64,000 nucleotides of DNA from an uncultured Planctomycetota bacterium (GCA_963849325.1 CAWKHF010000011.1:94457-158456); one strand, 5' to 3'. Numbered from the stretch's first letter, positions 1 to 11,359 are shown. Program-made: numbers and translations. The notes: generated from the sequence alone by a model not told the origin.

Positions 1-648
1 GGCGCGAAGAACGTCGAAGAGGGCGGCCGCCTTCCGCGGCCGCGGCGCGTGTGGGGACGGCAAGAGCCGATCGAGGACGTCTTCCAGGGTGGCGCTGCCC
101 AGGTACGGCATGCGCACGACCGTTAGCCCGGTGGCATGGTCTCGCCCGGCCGACAGGATGGGGACGATGTGCGGATGGGACAACCGGCCCATCGTCCGCG
201 CCTCGATCTCGCCGCCGCGGGAGAACTTGACGGCCACCAGCCGGCCGCCGGTGGACGTTTCGCGGGCCAGGAATACTCGCGCGAAGGCGCCTCGGCCGAG
301 CTGCCGCACGATGGTCAGATCGCCCCGCTGTTCGCCCGCGACCGGACAGCCAGCCGTCTCCAGGCCGAAGTATTGCGGGTTCTTCCCTGCGAACAGGTCG
401 ATCTGAAGCAGGTTCTGCAACGCGCTGCGGCAGGAAGGGAAGCTCGCGCAGTAGCTCGACAGGTCGAGCCGTTCTCCTTCCTCCAGCCGGCGATAATACT
501 CTTCGTAGGCGTGCTCCAGCAGGACGGATTTCGAGACGGGCGGCGCATCGGGGTCGCGGCGAGCCGACGGAGCGATTTCCGTCGGCGGGCCAGTGGCGGA
601 GACGGCGACGTCCCACGCCTCGGAGGCAGCCTTCTCCGCCGGTGTCAT
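1..648 (-). CDS. Ser/Thr protein kinase, N-terminal part (runs off window start; frameshift ~475)
   Basis: Manual translation gives LLEHAYEEY...RQLGRGAFARVFLA...VAVKFS...LSHPHIVPI...MPYLGSATL (Gly loop, VAVK Lys). The ATG overlaps the TGA of the upstream ECF gene (ATGA 645-648). Confidence 0.85.
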   Translation of the reverse strand, partial: MTPAEKAASEAWDVAVSATGPPTEIAPSARRDPDAPPVSKSVLLEHAYEEYYRRLEEGERLDLSSYCASFPSCRSALQNLLQIDLFAGKNPQYFGLETAGCPVAGEQRGDLTIVRQLGRGAFARVFLARETSTGGRLVAVKFSRGGEIEARTMGRLSHPHIVPILSAGRDHATGLTVVRMPYLGSATLEDVLDRLLPSPHAPRPRKAAALFDVLRA

Positions 649-1225
649 GGCGCCTTGTGCTCTCGGTTCAACTTCTGCAGCACGCGATGGATCATTCGGG
701 GAGGGACGCCCAGGCAGTCGGCGATTTCGCGCTGCGAATGTCCCTGGCGCAGCATCCACAGGGCCATACGGACCTTGGGAGGGAGATCCTGCAGCAGGCG
801 CTGCCATTCCTCTTCCGCGATGGCCAGTTGACTCGGTGTGGGGTGCGGCCCCGCCGGCTCATTGCCGGGATCGTCTTCCGTCGGCAGCCGCAGCTCCTCC
901 ACGTCCCGATCGTTGTGCTTGGCCGTCTGTTGCCGCTGCCGGAAGGCATCGATGATCTTGCGGTGCGCGAGTCGAACCAGGAAGGAGACGAGTTCCTTGG
1001 GATCCTTGAAGGTGTAGCGCTCCGCCGGAAGGTGCAAGAAGGACGCCCAGGCGTCCTGGGCGAAGTCCATCGAATCGAACTGGGCGCGCAGCGCTCGTCC
1101 AGGCGACGGCGGACGACCATGTGAATTTCTTTGCCGTAGCGCTCGAAGAGCCTGCCGACCGCTTCCGGGCAGCCCGAGCGGACGGCCTGCATGAGCTGCT
1201 CGAATTCATTCGTCTCCATGGACAT
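645..1225 (-). CDS. ECF sigma factor, kinase-associated type (frameshift ~1092)
   Basis: MSMETNEFEQLMQAVRSGCPEAVGRLFERY..VRRRL joined to FDSMDFAQDAW..RLAHRKIID..LQDLPPKVRMALWMLRQGHSQREIADCLG (sigma regions 2 and 4); GGAGG upstream. Confidence 0.85.
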
Positions 1226-1554
1226 ACGGAGCCTCCACTCGGGGAACCGGGCTGTGTCCCTCCGGCGGGACTCCCCCTTCTTCGGCCCGCGAGATCCAAG
1301 CTGCGGGCGGCACAGCGACGCGGCAGATGATACGAGGTATCGCCTAAAAGGGATAGGATAGACCGACTCGCAACGTCGATGCAAGGGAAAAACGGGAGGC
1401 GGTCAGGCACGCCGTCGGCGGCAGCGGCAAATTGCTCTTTACAGCCCCCGTCGTTTGTGGCATAGGCTCTCCCTCTCACGGTTCACAGTCGGAAGGGAGT
1501 CGGCCAGATCGCTGGGGGGCGATCGGCCCAGGGGGATCGGCCGGGAGGGGAGCC

Positions 1555-2130
1555 ATGCGCAGAATGGGGGCGGGGGGGGTGGCAGCGGCCCTGATCGTGG
1601 GTCTGGCAGCAGCCGTCGCGGCGGCGGGGGACATCGACGCCAAACCCGCGCCTCGGGGCATCCTGGCCGGCTGGTTCGGCGACAAAGCCAAGGACAAGGA
1701 AGAGAAGACGATGCCCGCCGAGGAGAAACCCGCGCCGCTGAATACACCCGAAATGGCCGGCATCGAGCAACAGCGACAGATGAACGCCTATCTCCGCCGT
1801 GTCGAGGTTTGTCTTCGGCTCCGCCAAATCGCCGAGCAAACCGGCAACGCCGACCTGCAGCGCCAGGCCGAGGAACTGGACGCGCGAGCCTGGGAGGTCT
1901 ACCGCCGGCAGACGGCCCACCTGTCCATGCCCGTGCCGGCGATGCTCTCCGGCACGAAGACCGTGGAGAAGAGGCCGACCGCCAAGCCGAAGACCGGCGC
2001 AGGCACCAACAAGGTACGCGCCGCGGAATTGCCGGCCCCGAAACGGTCGCCGCAACCTTTGGGTGGGGATTTTGAGCAACAGGAGCAGGGGCTTCTCAAC
2101 GGCACATTCATGGGGGGGAACAAGCCGTGA
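1555..2130 (+). CDS. Secreted hypothetical protein
   Basis: Signal-like N-terminus MRRMGAGGVAAALIVGLAAAVAAAG, GGAG upstream, helical core, overlaps next gene (GTGA). Confidence 0.7.
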   Translation: MRRMGAGGVAAALIVGLAAAVAAAGDIDAKPAPRGILAGWFGDKAKDKEEKTMPAEEKPAPLNTPEMAGIEQQRQMNAYLRRVEVCLRLRQIAEQTGNADLQRQAEELDARAWEVYRRQTAHLSMPVPAMLSGTKTVEKRPTAKPKTGAGTNKVRAAELPAPKRSPQPLGGDFEQQEQGLLNGTFMGGNKP

Positions 2131-2396
2131 CACGCCAAGGATGTTTGGTGCTGGCCCTGGCCCTGGCCGCTTCGGGCTGTTTCAGTCCGCCGACTCGCCT
2201 GGACGAGGAATCGCACAAGGCGCCGTCCTTGACGTCGCTGCCGCTGCCGCCGGCGATCGTCACGCCGGATGAAGTAACGGAGGCCAACGCCGCCGAAAAG
2301 GCCCAGGCGTTGGCCCGCGAACTCGATTACGCCGCCAACGATCACCCAGCGCCGCTGCCGCTGGCGACGTTAAAGGAAGGGCTGACGAAACCGTGA
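2127..2396 (+). CDS. Small putative lipoprotein
   Basis: Hydrophobic stretch and lipobox-like LALAASGC; translationally coupled to upstream gene. Confidence 0.7.
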   Translation: MTRQGCLVLALALAASGCFSPPTRLDEESHKAPSLTSLPLPPAIVTPDEVTEANAAEKAQALARELDYAANDHPAPLPLATLKEGLTKP

Positions 2397-2508
2397 AATC
2401 CGCCGCTGGCGGCTTGGCGCCAAGCCGTAAGCGGGGCGAAAACGAAGGGTGGGGGACGGCAACAGGGAGCCATGCTCCCCGTTGCTCGTTTTCCCACGGC
2501 ATCGTGGC

Positions 2509-3606
2509 TCAGGGCCAGTTGACGACATCGTTGGCGTCGCGGGTGATGAGGGCCTTGAGCGTGGCTTCCGGCGTGTTCGCCGGCAGACTACGAACCGAAC
2601 CATCGGCCAAAAGGACGTTGAAGCCGCTGCGAAAATGCGTGCTCAACCGAGGCGCGATGGGTTTGTTCGGGTCAAAGGCAATGTCGTCGGGCTTGGTCCA
2701 CGGCACCGCCTGGGCCGCCTCGACGATCAGGATGGTGTTCGATATGCCATCCTTGAACTCCCCCAGAGGCAGACCGCTTGTCTTCTCGAAGGCGGCGCCG
2801 TTGCCGACGAATACCTGATAGTGCGTGTGATCGGGCGGCGTCTGGTCGTCGTTGGGGAGCTGATAAACCTTTGGCATTCGCGTCAGCAGCTTGATGTTAT
2901 TGGGACCGTCCCACGGCTCATCGAGCTTGAACTGGTTGTAGAGGATCTGCTCCTCAACAAAAGGCAGGAGGGCAACGCGCCAACTCAGCCGAGGTTTCCT
3001 CGCCTTGGGAGGTTGCAGCGGATCGCCAATGGCCGACGGCGGGAAAGTGTTATAAGTGGCGTTGTAATTGTGCATCGCCAGCCCCATCTGCTTGAGGTTG
3101 TTCGCCGATTGCACGCGGACGACGGCCTCGCGTGCCTTCTGTACGGCTGGCACCAGTAGCAGCGTCGGTATCAAGCCGATGCAGGACAGGAGTGTGCCGG
3201 CGCAGGCGGTGCTAATCCCGGCGATGGCCAACCCCCGTCCGCCGAGGCGCTCGCGGCTGCGGCCGATGTCGCGCAGAGCGAGCAAACCGAGGATGAGGGC
3301 CGGGATTCCGGTCAGGATGTTGCAAAACAAGGAGCAGATGCCGAGGACGAGACTGGCCGTGGCCTTGCCGCTGGTGCCCGTTGGCGCGTCAGCGGTCGGT
3401 TCCTCCTCGAAATCGGGGGCCAGGGCGGGACGTGCCGGCCGACCGGCCGCCGCGGGCTGGATGTCCTCCTCGACCGCCTGGATGGCATCCGCGCCCACGG
3501 CTGGGACGGTCTGCTGTCGGCCGCAGACGGGGCAAGCGACCCGCTTGCCCGCGTTCTCCTCGCGCACTTGCAGTTGCTTGCCGCACTCACAGACGAAGCG
3601 AATCAT
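2509..3606 (-). CDS. Zn-ribbon + DUF4190-like TM + DUF1559 domain protein
   Basis: [73 protein letters not shown] (H-X9-DG-like). Confidence 0.9.
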   Translation of the reverse strand: MIRFVCECGKQLQVREENAGKRVACPVCGRQQTVPAVGADAIQAVEEDIQPAAAGRPARPALAPDFEEEPTADAPTGTSGKATASLVLGICSLFCNILTGIPALILGLLALRDIGRSRERLGGRGLAIAGISTACAGTLLSCIGLIPTLLLVPAVQKAREAVVRVQSANNLKQMGLAMHNYNATYNTFPPSAIGDPLQPPKARKPRLSWRVALLPFVEEQILYNQFKLDEPWDGPNNIKLLTRMPKVYQLPNDDQTPPDHTHYQVFVGNGAAFEKTSGLPLGEFKDGISNTILIVEAAQAVPWTKPDDIAFDPNKPIAPRLSTHFRSGFNVLLADGSVRSLPANTPEATLKALITRDANDVVNWP

Positions 3607-3694
3607 GGTGGGCCTCGCAGGAACGGGTCGCCGTCGTCGCTCGAATCATGGACCAGTGTAACGGCTGAGAGGGCCCTGTCCAGGGGCCAGGCGG

Positions 3695-3724
3695 TTGACC
3701 GTCCCCCGGAATACATGCTATAAC
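3695..3724 (+). promoter_or_regulatory. Putative sigma70 promoter of the kinase gene
   Basis: TTGACC-18 nt-TATAAC with TGn extended -10. Confidence 0.55.
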
Positions 3725-3881
3725 AGTTGTCCGCGATTTCCTCCGCGCTCCCGGCGCGGCGGAGAGGAATGAAATCTTCGTAACAATCGACTTCGATTCC
3801 GGGTATTGGTGAACGCTTTCGCGGTTCCGTCGTCTAAGAAGTGGCGCCATGTACGAGCCGGGTCCGCCCCGAAAGGAGACC

Positions 3882-5260
3882 ATGAGTGTCCCGCAGCCCA
3901 TGGATCGAAGGACGTTTCTGGCCAACCTGCGCCAGAGTCAGCTGTTGACGAAGGCCCAGCTCGCCGAGGCGCTGCGCGATCTGCCCGCGACCAACCGCGG
4001 CCGGGCCGTCGCTCGCGCCCTGGTCGAGAAGGAGCTGCTGACGCGCTTCCAGGCCGAGCGTCTGCTGGCCGGTCGCAATACCGGCTTTCTGCTGGGACAA
4101 TATCGCATCCTCGACCAACTCGGCCGCGGCGGCATGGGCCGCGTCTTCAAGGCCGAGCACGTCACCATGAAACGCCTGGTCGCCCTCAAGGTGCTGGCCC
4201 CCGGCCTGCTCCAGTCCGAGCGCGCCCGCGAGTTGTTCTTGCGCGAGGTCCGCGCCATCGCTCAGCTCGTCCATCCCAACATCGTCACCGCCTTCGACGC
4301 CAGCCACGATGCCGGCTGCTATTACCTCGTCTTGGAATACGTGGACGGTCCCAACCTCGACCAGCTGGTGCGCAAGCAGGGGCCTCTGCCGATCGGCCTC
4401 GCCTGCGACTACGTCAAGCAGGTGGCCAACGGTCTGCAAGCCGCTCATGCCGTGGGCATGGTCCACCGTGACATCAAGCCGGCCAACGTCCTCGTGCAGC
4501 GCCGCGGTCTGCAAGAGCACTCGCCCGGCCTAATCAAGATCAGCGACTTCGGCCTGGCCCGGCTGCACTCTCCCGATGTCAGCGCCGACGCGCCCCGCCA
4601 CGCGGGCACCATCCTGACCAAGGAAAACACGGTCATGGGCACGCCCGATTATCTGTCGCCCGAGCAGGCCCGCGACCTGCATCGAACCGATATCCGCAGC
4701 GATCTCTACAGCCTGGGCTGCACCTTCTACTTTCTGCTGTCCGGCCGGGTGCCTTTCGCCGGCGGCACCGCCCTGGAGAAGTTGATCCGCCACAACACCG
4801 AGTCACCAATCCCTATCGGCGACCTGCGCCCCGACGTGCCGGCGCCGGTGGCCGAGATCGTCCGGCGTCTGCTGTCCAAGAAGCCCGACGACCGCTACCA
4901 GGCACCCCTGGACCTGGCCGCCGTGCTGGAGCCGTATGCCGTGAGTGGACCGACGCCGTGGGCGTCGTTGCCACCGCCGTCCCATCCTTTCCTCGACGCC
5001 GCCGCCACACCGGTGGGCGATGCCGCCGACGCACCGGGCAGCGTCCTGGAGGAGAGTTCGTCCGATCCTTTCTCCGCCCTGTCGAACACGGAGTCGCCGG
5101 ACCTGTCGGCCACCGTGGAAGATGAGTCGGAGGAAAGCCCGCTTCTTCGCCGCCGGCGCCTTCTCCGCGCACGGCGGACCGGGCGGTCCTCGTATGGTTT
5201 GTCATCGTTGCCGCTGCCCTGATCGGCGGCCTTGCCTTGCTGATGTCACTGATGAGTTGA
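3882..5260 (+). CDS. Ser/Thr protein kinase with C-terminal TM helix (frameshift ~5170)
   Basis: GRGGMGRV, VALK, LFLREVRA, HRDIKPAN, DFG, GTPDYLSPE, DLYSLG; AAAGGAG RBS. The alternate frame supplies TM VLVWFVIVAAALIGGLALLMSLMS*. Confidence 0.92.
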
Positions 5261-5262
5261 TC

Positions 5263-5321
5263 GTAGGTGCCGCGAGCCGAGCGGCACGGCGGAACCGTCC
5301 GGCTCGGCTCGCCGGACCTAC
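5263..5321. repeat. REP-like inverted repeat (GTAGGTGCCGCGAGCCGAGC family)
   Basis: GTAGG...CCTAC-bounded imperfect palindrome between convergent genes; second copy at 23322-23380. Confidence 0.7.
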
Positions 5322-7193
5322 CGAGAGACGTCCTGATCCAGGCCGCGCACGCGGCATTGCTCCTCGATGAGCGCCAGGAACAGCATCCCGAAGTTGCGCA
5401 GACGTTTATCGCCGACGCCGGGGACCAGGCGCAGGCGCTCCGGTGTCGAGGGGCGCACGCGAGCCAGCTCGCGCAGGGTGCTGTCGGTGAAGACGATGAA
5501 CGGCGACACTTGCCGGTCGGCGGCCAACTGTACGGCGCAGGCGCCGCAGCGCCTCGAACAATTCGCGGTCCACGCCCTCCCACGACGTCGTTTCGACCTT
5601 CGATTTCTCCGGCCGTTCGCCTTTTTTGCGGCGTGCCATCCGCACCAGTCGGATCTGCCGCTGGCCGCGCATCACTTCCCACGAGGCATCGTTGAGTTTC
5701 AGCACCGGATATTCGTCGCCGACCTGCAACAGCACGCCCTGGCCGATCATCTGATAGATCCAGTCGCGCACGTCCGGCTTGCTGTGGCCCTTGAGGAGAC
5801 CGAAAGTCGTCAGCTGATCGTGGCCGCGCTTGCGGACGTTCTCGGTGTTTTCGCCGCGTAGCACGGCGGTAACGTGGCCGATACCGAAGCCCTGTTTGAC
5901 GCGAGCCACGCACGACAGGATCTTTTGCGCCGCCACCAGCGCGTCGGGCACTTCCTCGGTGTCGCCCAGGCACAGGTCGCAGGCATTGCAGTACTCCGCC
6001 TCGTAGGGCTGGCCGAAATACTGTACCAGGGCGCGATGACGGCAGAGGGCGCCGCGACAGTAGCGGTCCATGTCGTCGAGATGCTTGAACACGCCCGGCA
6101 AGTGCGTCTCGTTGCCGGCTTCGCGGGCGGATTTCTCCAGCATCGAGCGGAAGGTGTAGGTATCGCCGCCGGAGTAGAGCAGCACGCACTCGGCCTCCAG
6201 ACCGTCGCGTCCAGCGCGGCCGGTCTCCTGCTGATAGTGCTCCAGCGATTTCGGCATGGCCGTGTGCAGCACGAAACGGACGTTGGAGCGATCGATCCCC
6301 ATGCCGAAGGCCACCGTGGCGACGATCACATCGACTTGCTCGGACGAGAACGCTTCCTGCGCCGCCTGCCGCTCCTCGCTGCTCATGCCGGCGTGATACG
6401 GCTTGGCCTTGACGCCCTTCTTTTGCAGAGCGGCGGCCAACTCATCCACGTCGCGGCGGCGCAGGCAGTAAACGATGCCGGCCTCGCCCTCGTGCCGCTC
6501 GAGCACTTCCAGCGTCTGCTTCAGCGTCTCATGGCGCGGCAACACCCGATAGGTGAGGTTCGGCCGATCGAAGTTGCCGACCAGCAGCACCGGGTCTTTC
6601 AGGGCGAGTTGGACGATGATGTCCTGACGCACCTGCTCGGTCGCCGTGGCCGTGTAGCCGTGGACGGCGGCCTTGGGGAAGAACTCGCGCAGGCGGCTGA
6701 GCTGGCGATACTCGGGGCGGAAATCGTGGCCCCAGTGGCTGATGCAGTGGGCCTCGTCGATGGCGAAGGCGTGGACGTCGATCTTTTGCAGGACGCGATA
6801 CAAATCGCTTTGCACCAGCCGTTCCGGCGACATGAACAGCAAGCGTACCTCGCCCTGGCGCACGTCCATCTCGTAGGCGAAGCGCTCGCCCGCTGACAAC
6901 GAGCTGTCAATCTGCGTCGCCGCGATACCGCAAGCTCGCAGACTATCGACCTGGTCCTTCATCAAGGCGATCAGCGGCGAGACGACGACGGTGGTGCCGC
7001 CGCGGAGGACGGCCGGCGCCTGGTAGCACAGCGATTTGCCGCCGCCGGTCGGCAGGACGACCAGCGAATCGCGGCCGTCGAGCACGGCCTGCATGGCCTG
7101 GTCCTGCAACGGCCGCAACGTGCGGAAACCCCAGTGACGGACGATGATCTCTTGCAGCTCCGCCAGGGACCAGGTTGAGTTTGGGGAAGACAT
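5318..7193 (-). CDS. recQ: ATP-dependent DNA helicase RecQ (frameshift ~5525 in HRDC domain)
   Basis: [47 protein letters not shown], Zn site [32 protein letters not shown]. Confidence 0.95.
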
Positions 7194-7274
7194 CGGCTGG
7201 GACTCCTGCAATCCCGTACATCATGCGCGATGAAGGAGGGATTGAGAAGCCCAGTCGTCCGCATTCGGTTCCGC

Positions 7275-8810
7275 TTATTTCTTCCGAAGTCGCAGGTAGA
7301 CGATGAGCACGTCCGCCTTGGGGTTTTCTTCGAGGAGTTCGGGCACCGTATTCCAGAGGCCGAAGGGTTTGGGTACTGCGCCTGGAGCAATCCTCTCCTG
7401 CCTTCGGTTGCGAATCACCCACAACATCGGCGTCTCCGTCGCGGAGCCAGCTCCACGAGAGAACGAACCACTGCTGCCCCCGTCGCTGAAGTCAAATAAT
7501 TCCTTCGGCACGTCGGCGCCCCCCGCACCCGTCATAAACCACTTGTGCCATCGGTTTCCACCGATTGCCAACTGCACTTGCATCCGGCAGTGTCCCTTCC
7601 GCGCCCCCGCCAGCGGAAGGTAATCCAGGTCCGCCGCGAGTAGAGCGACCTTCGCGCGACGGAATAGGCTCTTATCCTCGGACAGTTCCGTAAAGATCCT
7701 GCCGTTGATGTCCGGCAAGGCCCAATTCGTCTTCTGTTTCTTTCCGTCCTTGTACACGTCGATGTCCACGCCAAGGGCCGTGAGCGGTCCCTCCGGTCGT
7801 AGTTCGACCTCCCTCACCTCTTTGAAGATATGGAGCAGCGACGCCACATCCCCACCATCGTCCTCGGGGTGTGTGATTTTCATCGCCAGGGTTTCTTTCG
7901 CGGCAGGCTCGGCCGCCGGTTTCGGCTCCGCCGCCGGCTTTTCCTCCGCCGCCCGCATGGGGGCGAAGAAGGAGGCACTCAGCACGCCCAGCACGCCCAC
8001 CGTCGCCAGGAACGCCGTCAGGAGCTTCACTTTCGTCAGAAGCATCATTTGCAGTACCTCTTTCATGAGGAAGGCCGCCGGGGTCGTGACGGTTTGTCCC
8101 GCCGCGACCCGCAGGGCGTCGCCGGCCGTCGAAACAAGCAAAGAAGGCGATACCCAGGCGGATGCCGTCTCGCTCGACAGCGCCCCCGACAGCATCGCCG
8201 CCGAAATCGCCAGATGGTGCCGAGCCAGTCGCTTCGCCAGCATTTGCCGAGCCGTCGCCAACCGGCTGGACAGAGTACCCTCGGGCAGACCGAGCTGCCG
8301 CGCGACCTCCTGGCGCGATCGTCCTTCCAGATGGCACAGGACGATGGGCGTTCGATAGCGTTCCGGCAAGCGGCTCAGTTCGCGCTCCAGCAAGGGGCGC
8401 CAATCCTGCGGCTCGGCGGGCGGCACTTCGGCGGCTGTCGCCGCCTCCAAGGGCGCCTCCCGAGTGCGGCGCCGGGCGATGCTCTTGCGAGCTTGCAGGG
8501 CGGTACGATACGCCACGCCATACAGCCAGTTCCCTATCGCCTCGCCGTTGCGCAGAGTAGGGGGCTTGTGCGCCAGCACGAGAAAGACGGCCTGGAAGGC
8601 GTCCTCCGCATCCTGGACGTGGCCCAGCACTCGCCGGCATACGGCGAACACCATGCCGCCATGACGGCGCACCAGGGCCGCAAACGAGGCTTCATCCCGG
8701 CGAGCGACGAAGCAGGCCAGGAGCTGTCCATCCGTGGCAGCCCCCTCGGCGCCGGGCGGAAGCGCTCGGTGAAGGTGCGCGAGGACTTCTTTCAGTCGGC
8801 CGCGGAGCAT
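7275..8810 (-). CDS. ECF sigma factor with TM helix and C-terminal extension (planctomycete type)
   Basis: DGQLLACF..RDEASFAALVRRHG..DAEDAFQA..WLYGVA..LPERYRTPIVLCHLEG..GTLSSRL, then TM VKLLTAFLATVGVLGVLSASFF and ~230 aa extension. Confidence 0.9.
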   Translation of the reverse strand: MLRGRLKEVLAHLHRALPPGAEGAATDGQLLACFVARRDEASFAALVRRHGGMVFAVCRRVLGHVQDAEDAFQAVFLVLAHKPPTLRNGEAIGNWLYGVAYRTALQARKSIARRRTREAPLEAATAAEVPPAEPQDWRPLLERELSRLPERYRTPIVLCHLEGRSRQEVARQLGLPEGTLSSRLATARQMLAKRLARHHLAISAAMLSGALSSETASAWVSPSLLVSTAGDALRVAAGQTVTTPAAFLMKEVLQMMLLTKVKLLTAFLATVGVLGVLSASFFAPMRAAEEKPAAEPKPAAEPAAKETLAMKITHPEDDGGDVASLLHIFKEVREVELRPEGPLTALGVDIDVYKDGKKQKTNWALPDINGRIFTELSEDKSLFRRAKVALLAADLDYLPLAGARKGHCRMQVQLAIGGNRWHKWFMTGAGGADVPKELFDFSDGGSSGSFSRGAGSATETPMLWVIRNRRQERIAPGAVPKPFGLWNTVPELLEENPKADVLIVYLRLRKK

Positions 8811-8900
8811 ACGACGTTCCTCTACTACTTACTGGGTCGCCAGCGTTCCGCGCGTCGATCTTTTTTCGGAATTCCGTAGCGAAAAGAAGCGTCCGCGTCA

Positions 8901-8951
8901 GAGCCCGCAGCGTCAGCGAGGAGCCATTTCCCTCGCTGACGCTGCGGGCTC
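8901..8951. repeat. REP-like palindrome (GAGCCCGCAGCGTCAGCGAGG family)
   Basis: 21-bp perfect inverted repeat; same arms at 45004-45055. Confidence 0.8.
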
Positions 8952-8972
8952 CGAGAAAGGAAGAGCCCGCGA

Positions 8973-9512
8973 TTACTTTTTGTCGTTGGCAGGTTTGCCC
9001 GCTTGTTCTGGCTTCTTGTCCTTGTCCGGTTTCTCGAATTTCGTGTCCGTCGCCCCGGAGTCAGACGGCGGCAGAGAACTGCGTACTCCAATGACGTAGC
9101 CGACCATGAGGGCGCCGAAGATGAGCAGGAACCACAGCAGACTGTTGAGCAAACCCGTCGTCGCGTCGCCGTCCGGGTTCCAGTTGGCCATCCAGCGGCG
9201 AAAGCGCGTCTGCTTGCGCAGCTTCTGGAGCCAGCGACGGCCCGGCGCGGTCTGATCGAACTGGCGCACGGCCGTGGCCACCTTGCCGACCTGCCGCCGT
9301 GCCGTGGCGTTGTCCGGATCGACTTCCAGCACGGCCAGGTATGCCCACACGGCCTCGCCCAGTTCGCCGGCGCGGGTCAATGCCTCCGCCTGAGACAGCC
9401 CCTCGCGAAGGTCATCGACGTAGTGGACCAGCAGCGACACATCCGTGCGGCAGTTGAGGCACTCCTTCTCCAGCCCGCGCAGCTTTTTCTTGCACATCGG
9501 GCACGTCAGCAT
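8973..9512 (-). CDS. Zn-ribbon / TPR-like / TM protein
   Basis: MLTCPMC..ECLNC; AEALTRAGELGEAVWAYLAVLEVDPDNATA (TPR-like); TM SLLWFLLIFGALMVGYVIGV. Confidence 0.8.
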   Translation of the reverse strand: MLTCPMCKKKLRGLEKECLNCRTDVSLLVHYVDDLREGLSQAEALTRAGELGEAVWAYLAVLEVDPDNATARRQVGKVATAVRQFDQTAPGRRWLQKLRKQTRFRRWMANWNPDGDATTGLLNSLLWFLLIFGALMVGYVIGVRSSLPPSDSGATDTKFEKPDKDKKPEQAGKPANDKK

Positions 9513-9537
9513 GGGTGGCGTCCTTGAGTGTCCATCC

Positions 9538-9588
9538 GAGCCGCGACCGTTAGGGAGCGGAGACACCGCTCGCTAACGCTCGCGGCTC
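9538..9588. repeat. REP-like palindrome (GAGCCGCGACCGTTAGGGAGCGG family)
   Basis: Imperfect 23-bp inverted repeat; related copies at 15218-15269, ~40697 and ~40915-40957. Confidence 0.75.
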
Positions 9589-9602
9589 GGCTCGCCAGCA
9601 GG

Positions 9603-11341
9603 TCACAGCAAATAGGCGTAATTGAGCAAGCGATCGTTGAGCGTGGCGCTGGCGTCTTCCATCTTCTTGCGATCGCCCGAACCCATCGCCTGGCGCACGA
9701 TCCGGCACAGTTCCTCCAACTCCTTGCGATCTTCCGGGTTGTCGATGCGCGGGATGACGTCCTGCTCCGTCTTCTTGAGCACCTCAATGGCGTCCTTGTA
9801 CTCCTGCGTGCTCTCCAACTCCAGCGTGCGATTGACCAGCTCTTCGTTGATGCGCTTCAGCTTGATGAGCTGCGAAGCGTCCATCTGATCCTCGCCGGCC
9901 TGCTGGATGGCGAAGCGCTTTTTCTGGCCGGCGTAGGGATCGTGGATTTGCACGGTCAGAATGCCGTCGTCGCCGTACTCGAACGACACGTCGAGTCCGC
10001 CGTCGCGTTGCGGCCGCGGCGGCTTGAACTCCCAGGGGATTTCCGCCAGCTTGACGTTCTCCGGCGAATCCGGGTTGTCGTACAGGTCGCCTTCGTAGAC
10101 GCTGATGAGCACGCGGTCGGCGGGGTCGGCCACCGGATAATACATCTTGCTGAACGAACACGGAATGTCCGAGCCGCGCTTGATGATCGGATCGAGAAAG
10201 ACGCGATTGGTGCGCTGATCGACCGGGTTGGCGCACAGCGAATGCTCCAGCTTGACGCTGTAGGCGTAATTGTCCAGGCCGGGCGCCCCTGCAGGATGGC
10301 CGACACGATGGCGGCGCCCTGGGCGACGCACGTCATCGGATCGACGCGATCGAACCCCTCCGGCTCCTTGCCGGCCAGTTTTTCCGCGACGTAACGACGG
10401 ACCAGGGGAATCTTGCTGGTGCCGCCGACGAGCAGCACGCGATCGATGTCGCGCGGCCGCAGCTTGGCCAGCTTCATCGCCTCGTCGATGGCCGTGCCCG
10501 ACTTGATGACCAGCGGCATGATGAGACGCTCGAACTCGCCTCGGCTAAGTTCCTCTTCCAGGCTCAGGTGTCGCTCCGGCACCAGCTCGGCCTTGCGAGC
10601 GACGGCCATCTGCTCCGCGGACAGGTCGATCTTGGCCCGCTCGACGGCGAGCATGAACTGTTGCCTGTATGGCGAATTGAGGATGTCGAAGCCGGTCTTG
10701 TCGTGGAAGCGCTCGGCCAGCACCTTGGCGAGAATGGCGTCGAGGTCGTCGCCGCCGAGCTTGCCGATACCCTTGCTGGCGACTTCCTCGAAGATGCCGT
10801 GATGGATCTTGAGGACCGTCACGTCGAGCGTGCCGCCGCCGAAGTCGTAGACCAGCACGGTTTGATCGTCCTGGGCATTGAGTCCATAGCAGATGGCGGC
10901 GGCGGTCGGTTCGTTGATGAGCGTCAATACCTGAAGACCGGCGGCGCCGGCGCATAGCTTCGTGGCGTGGCGCGCCAGACCCTTGGAGTTGGCCGGAATG
11001 GTCACGACGGCCTTGGTGAAGCTCTCGCCCAGGACCGACTCGGCGTCTTTCTTGAGCAGGCTGAAGAGCATGACGGCGATCTGCTCGGTGCGCAGGTTCT
11101 GGCCGACCAGCGGCACGCGCTCCGGCGTGCCGAGGATGCGCTTGATGGAGCGAATCGAGCGCTGCTCGTCGAAGTTTTCCTTGGCTTCCTGACCGAAGGC
11201 GAGGGTGCCGTCGCGGCGCAGCGTGACGATGGAGGGCGTCCACTTCAGCCCCTCGTGATTGGGCACCACCTCGGCCTGACCGTACTGGAAGTTGGCCACC
11301 ACCGAATTGCTGGTCCCGAAGTCGATGCCGATGTAGGGCAT
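9603..11341 (-). CDS. Hsp70-family chaperone, atypical DnaK paralogue (frameshift ~10290)
   Basis: GIDFGTSNS, SIKRILG, AVVTIPA, INEPTAAA, YDFGGGTLDV, LGGDDLD, LVGGTSKIP, VAQGAA; SBD-like ISVYEGD..VSFEYGDDGILTV; helical lid. Confidence 0.92.
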
Positions 11342-11359
11342 GGAAGCTACCTCATGAAG

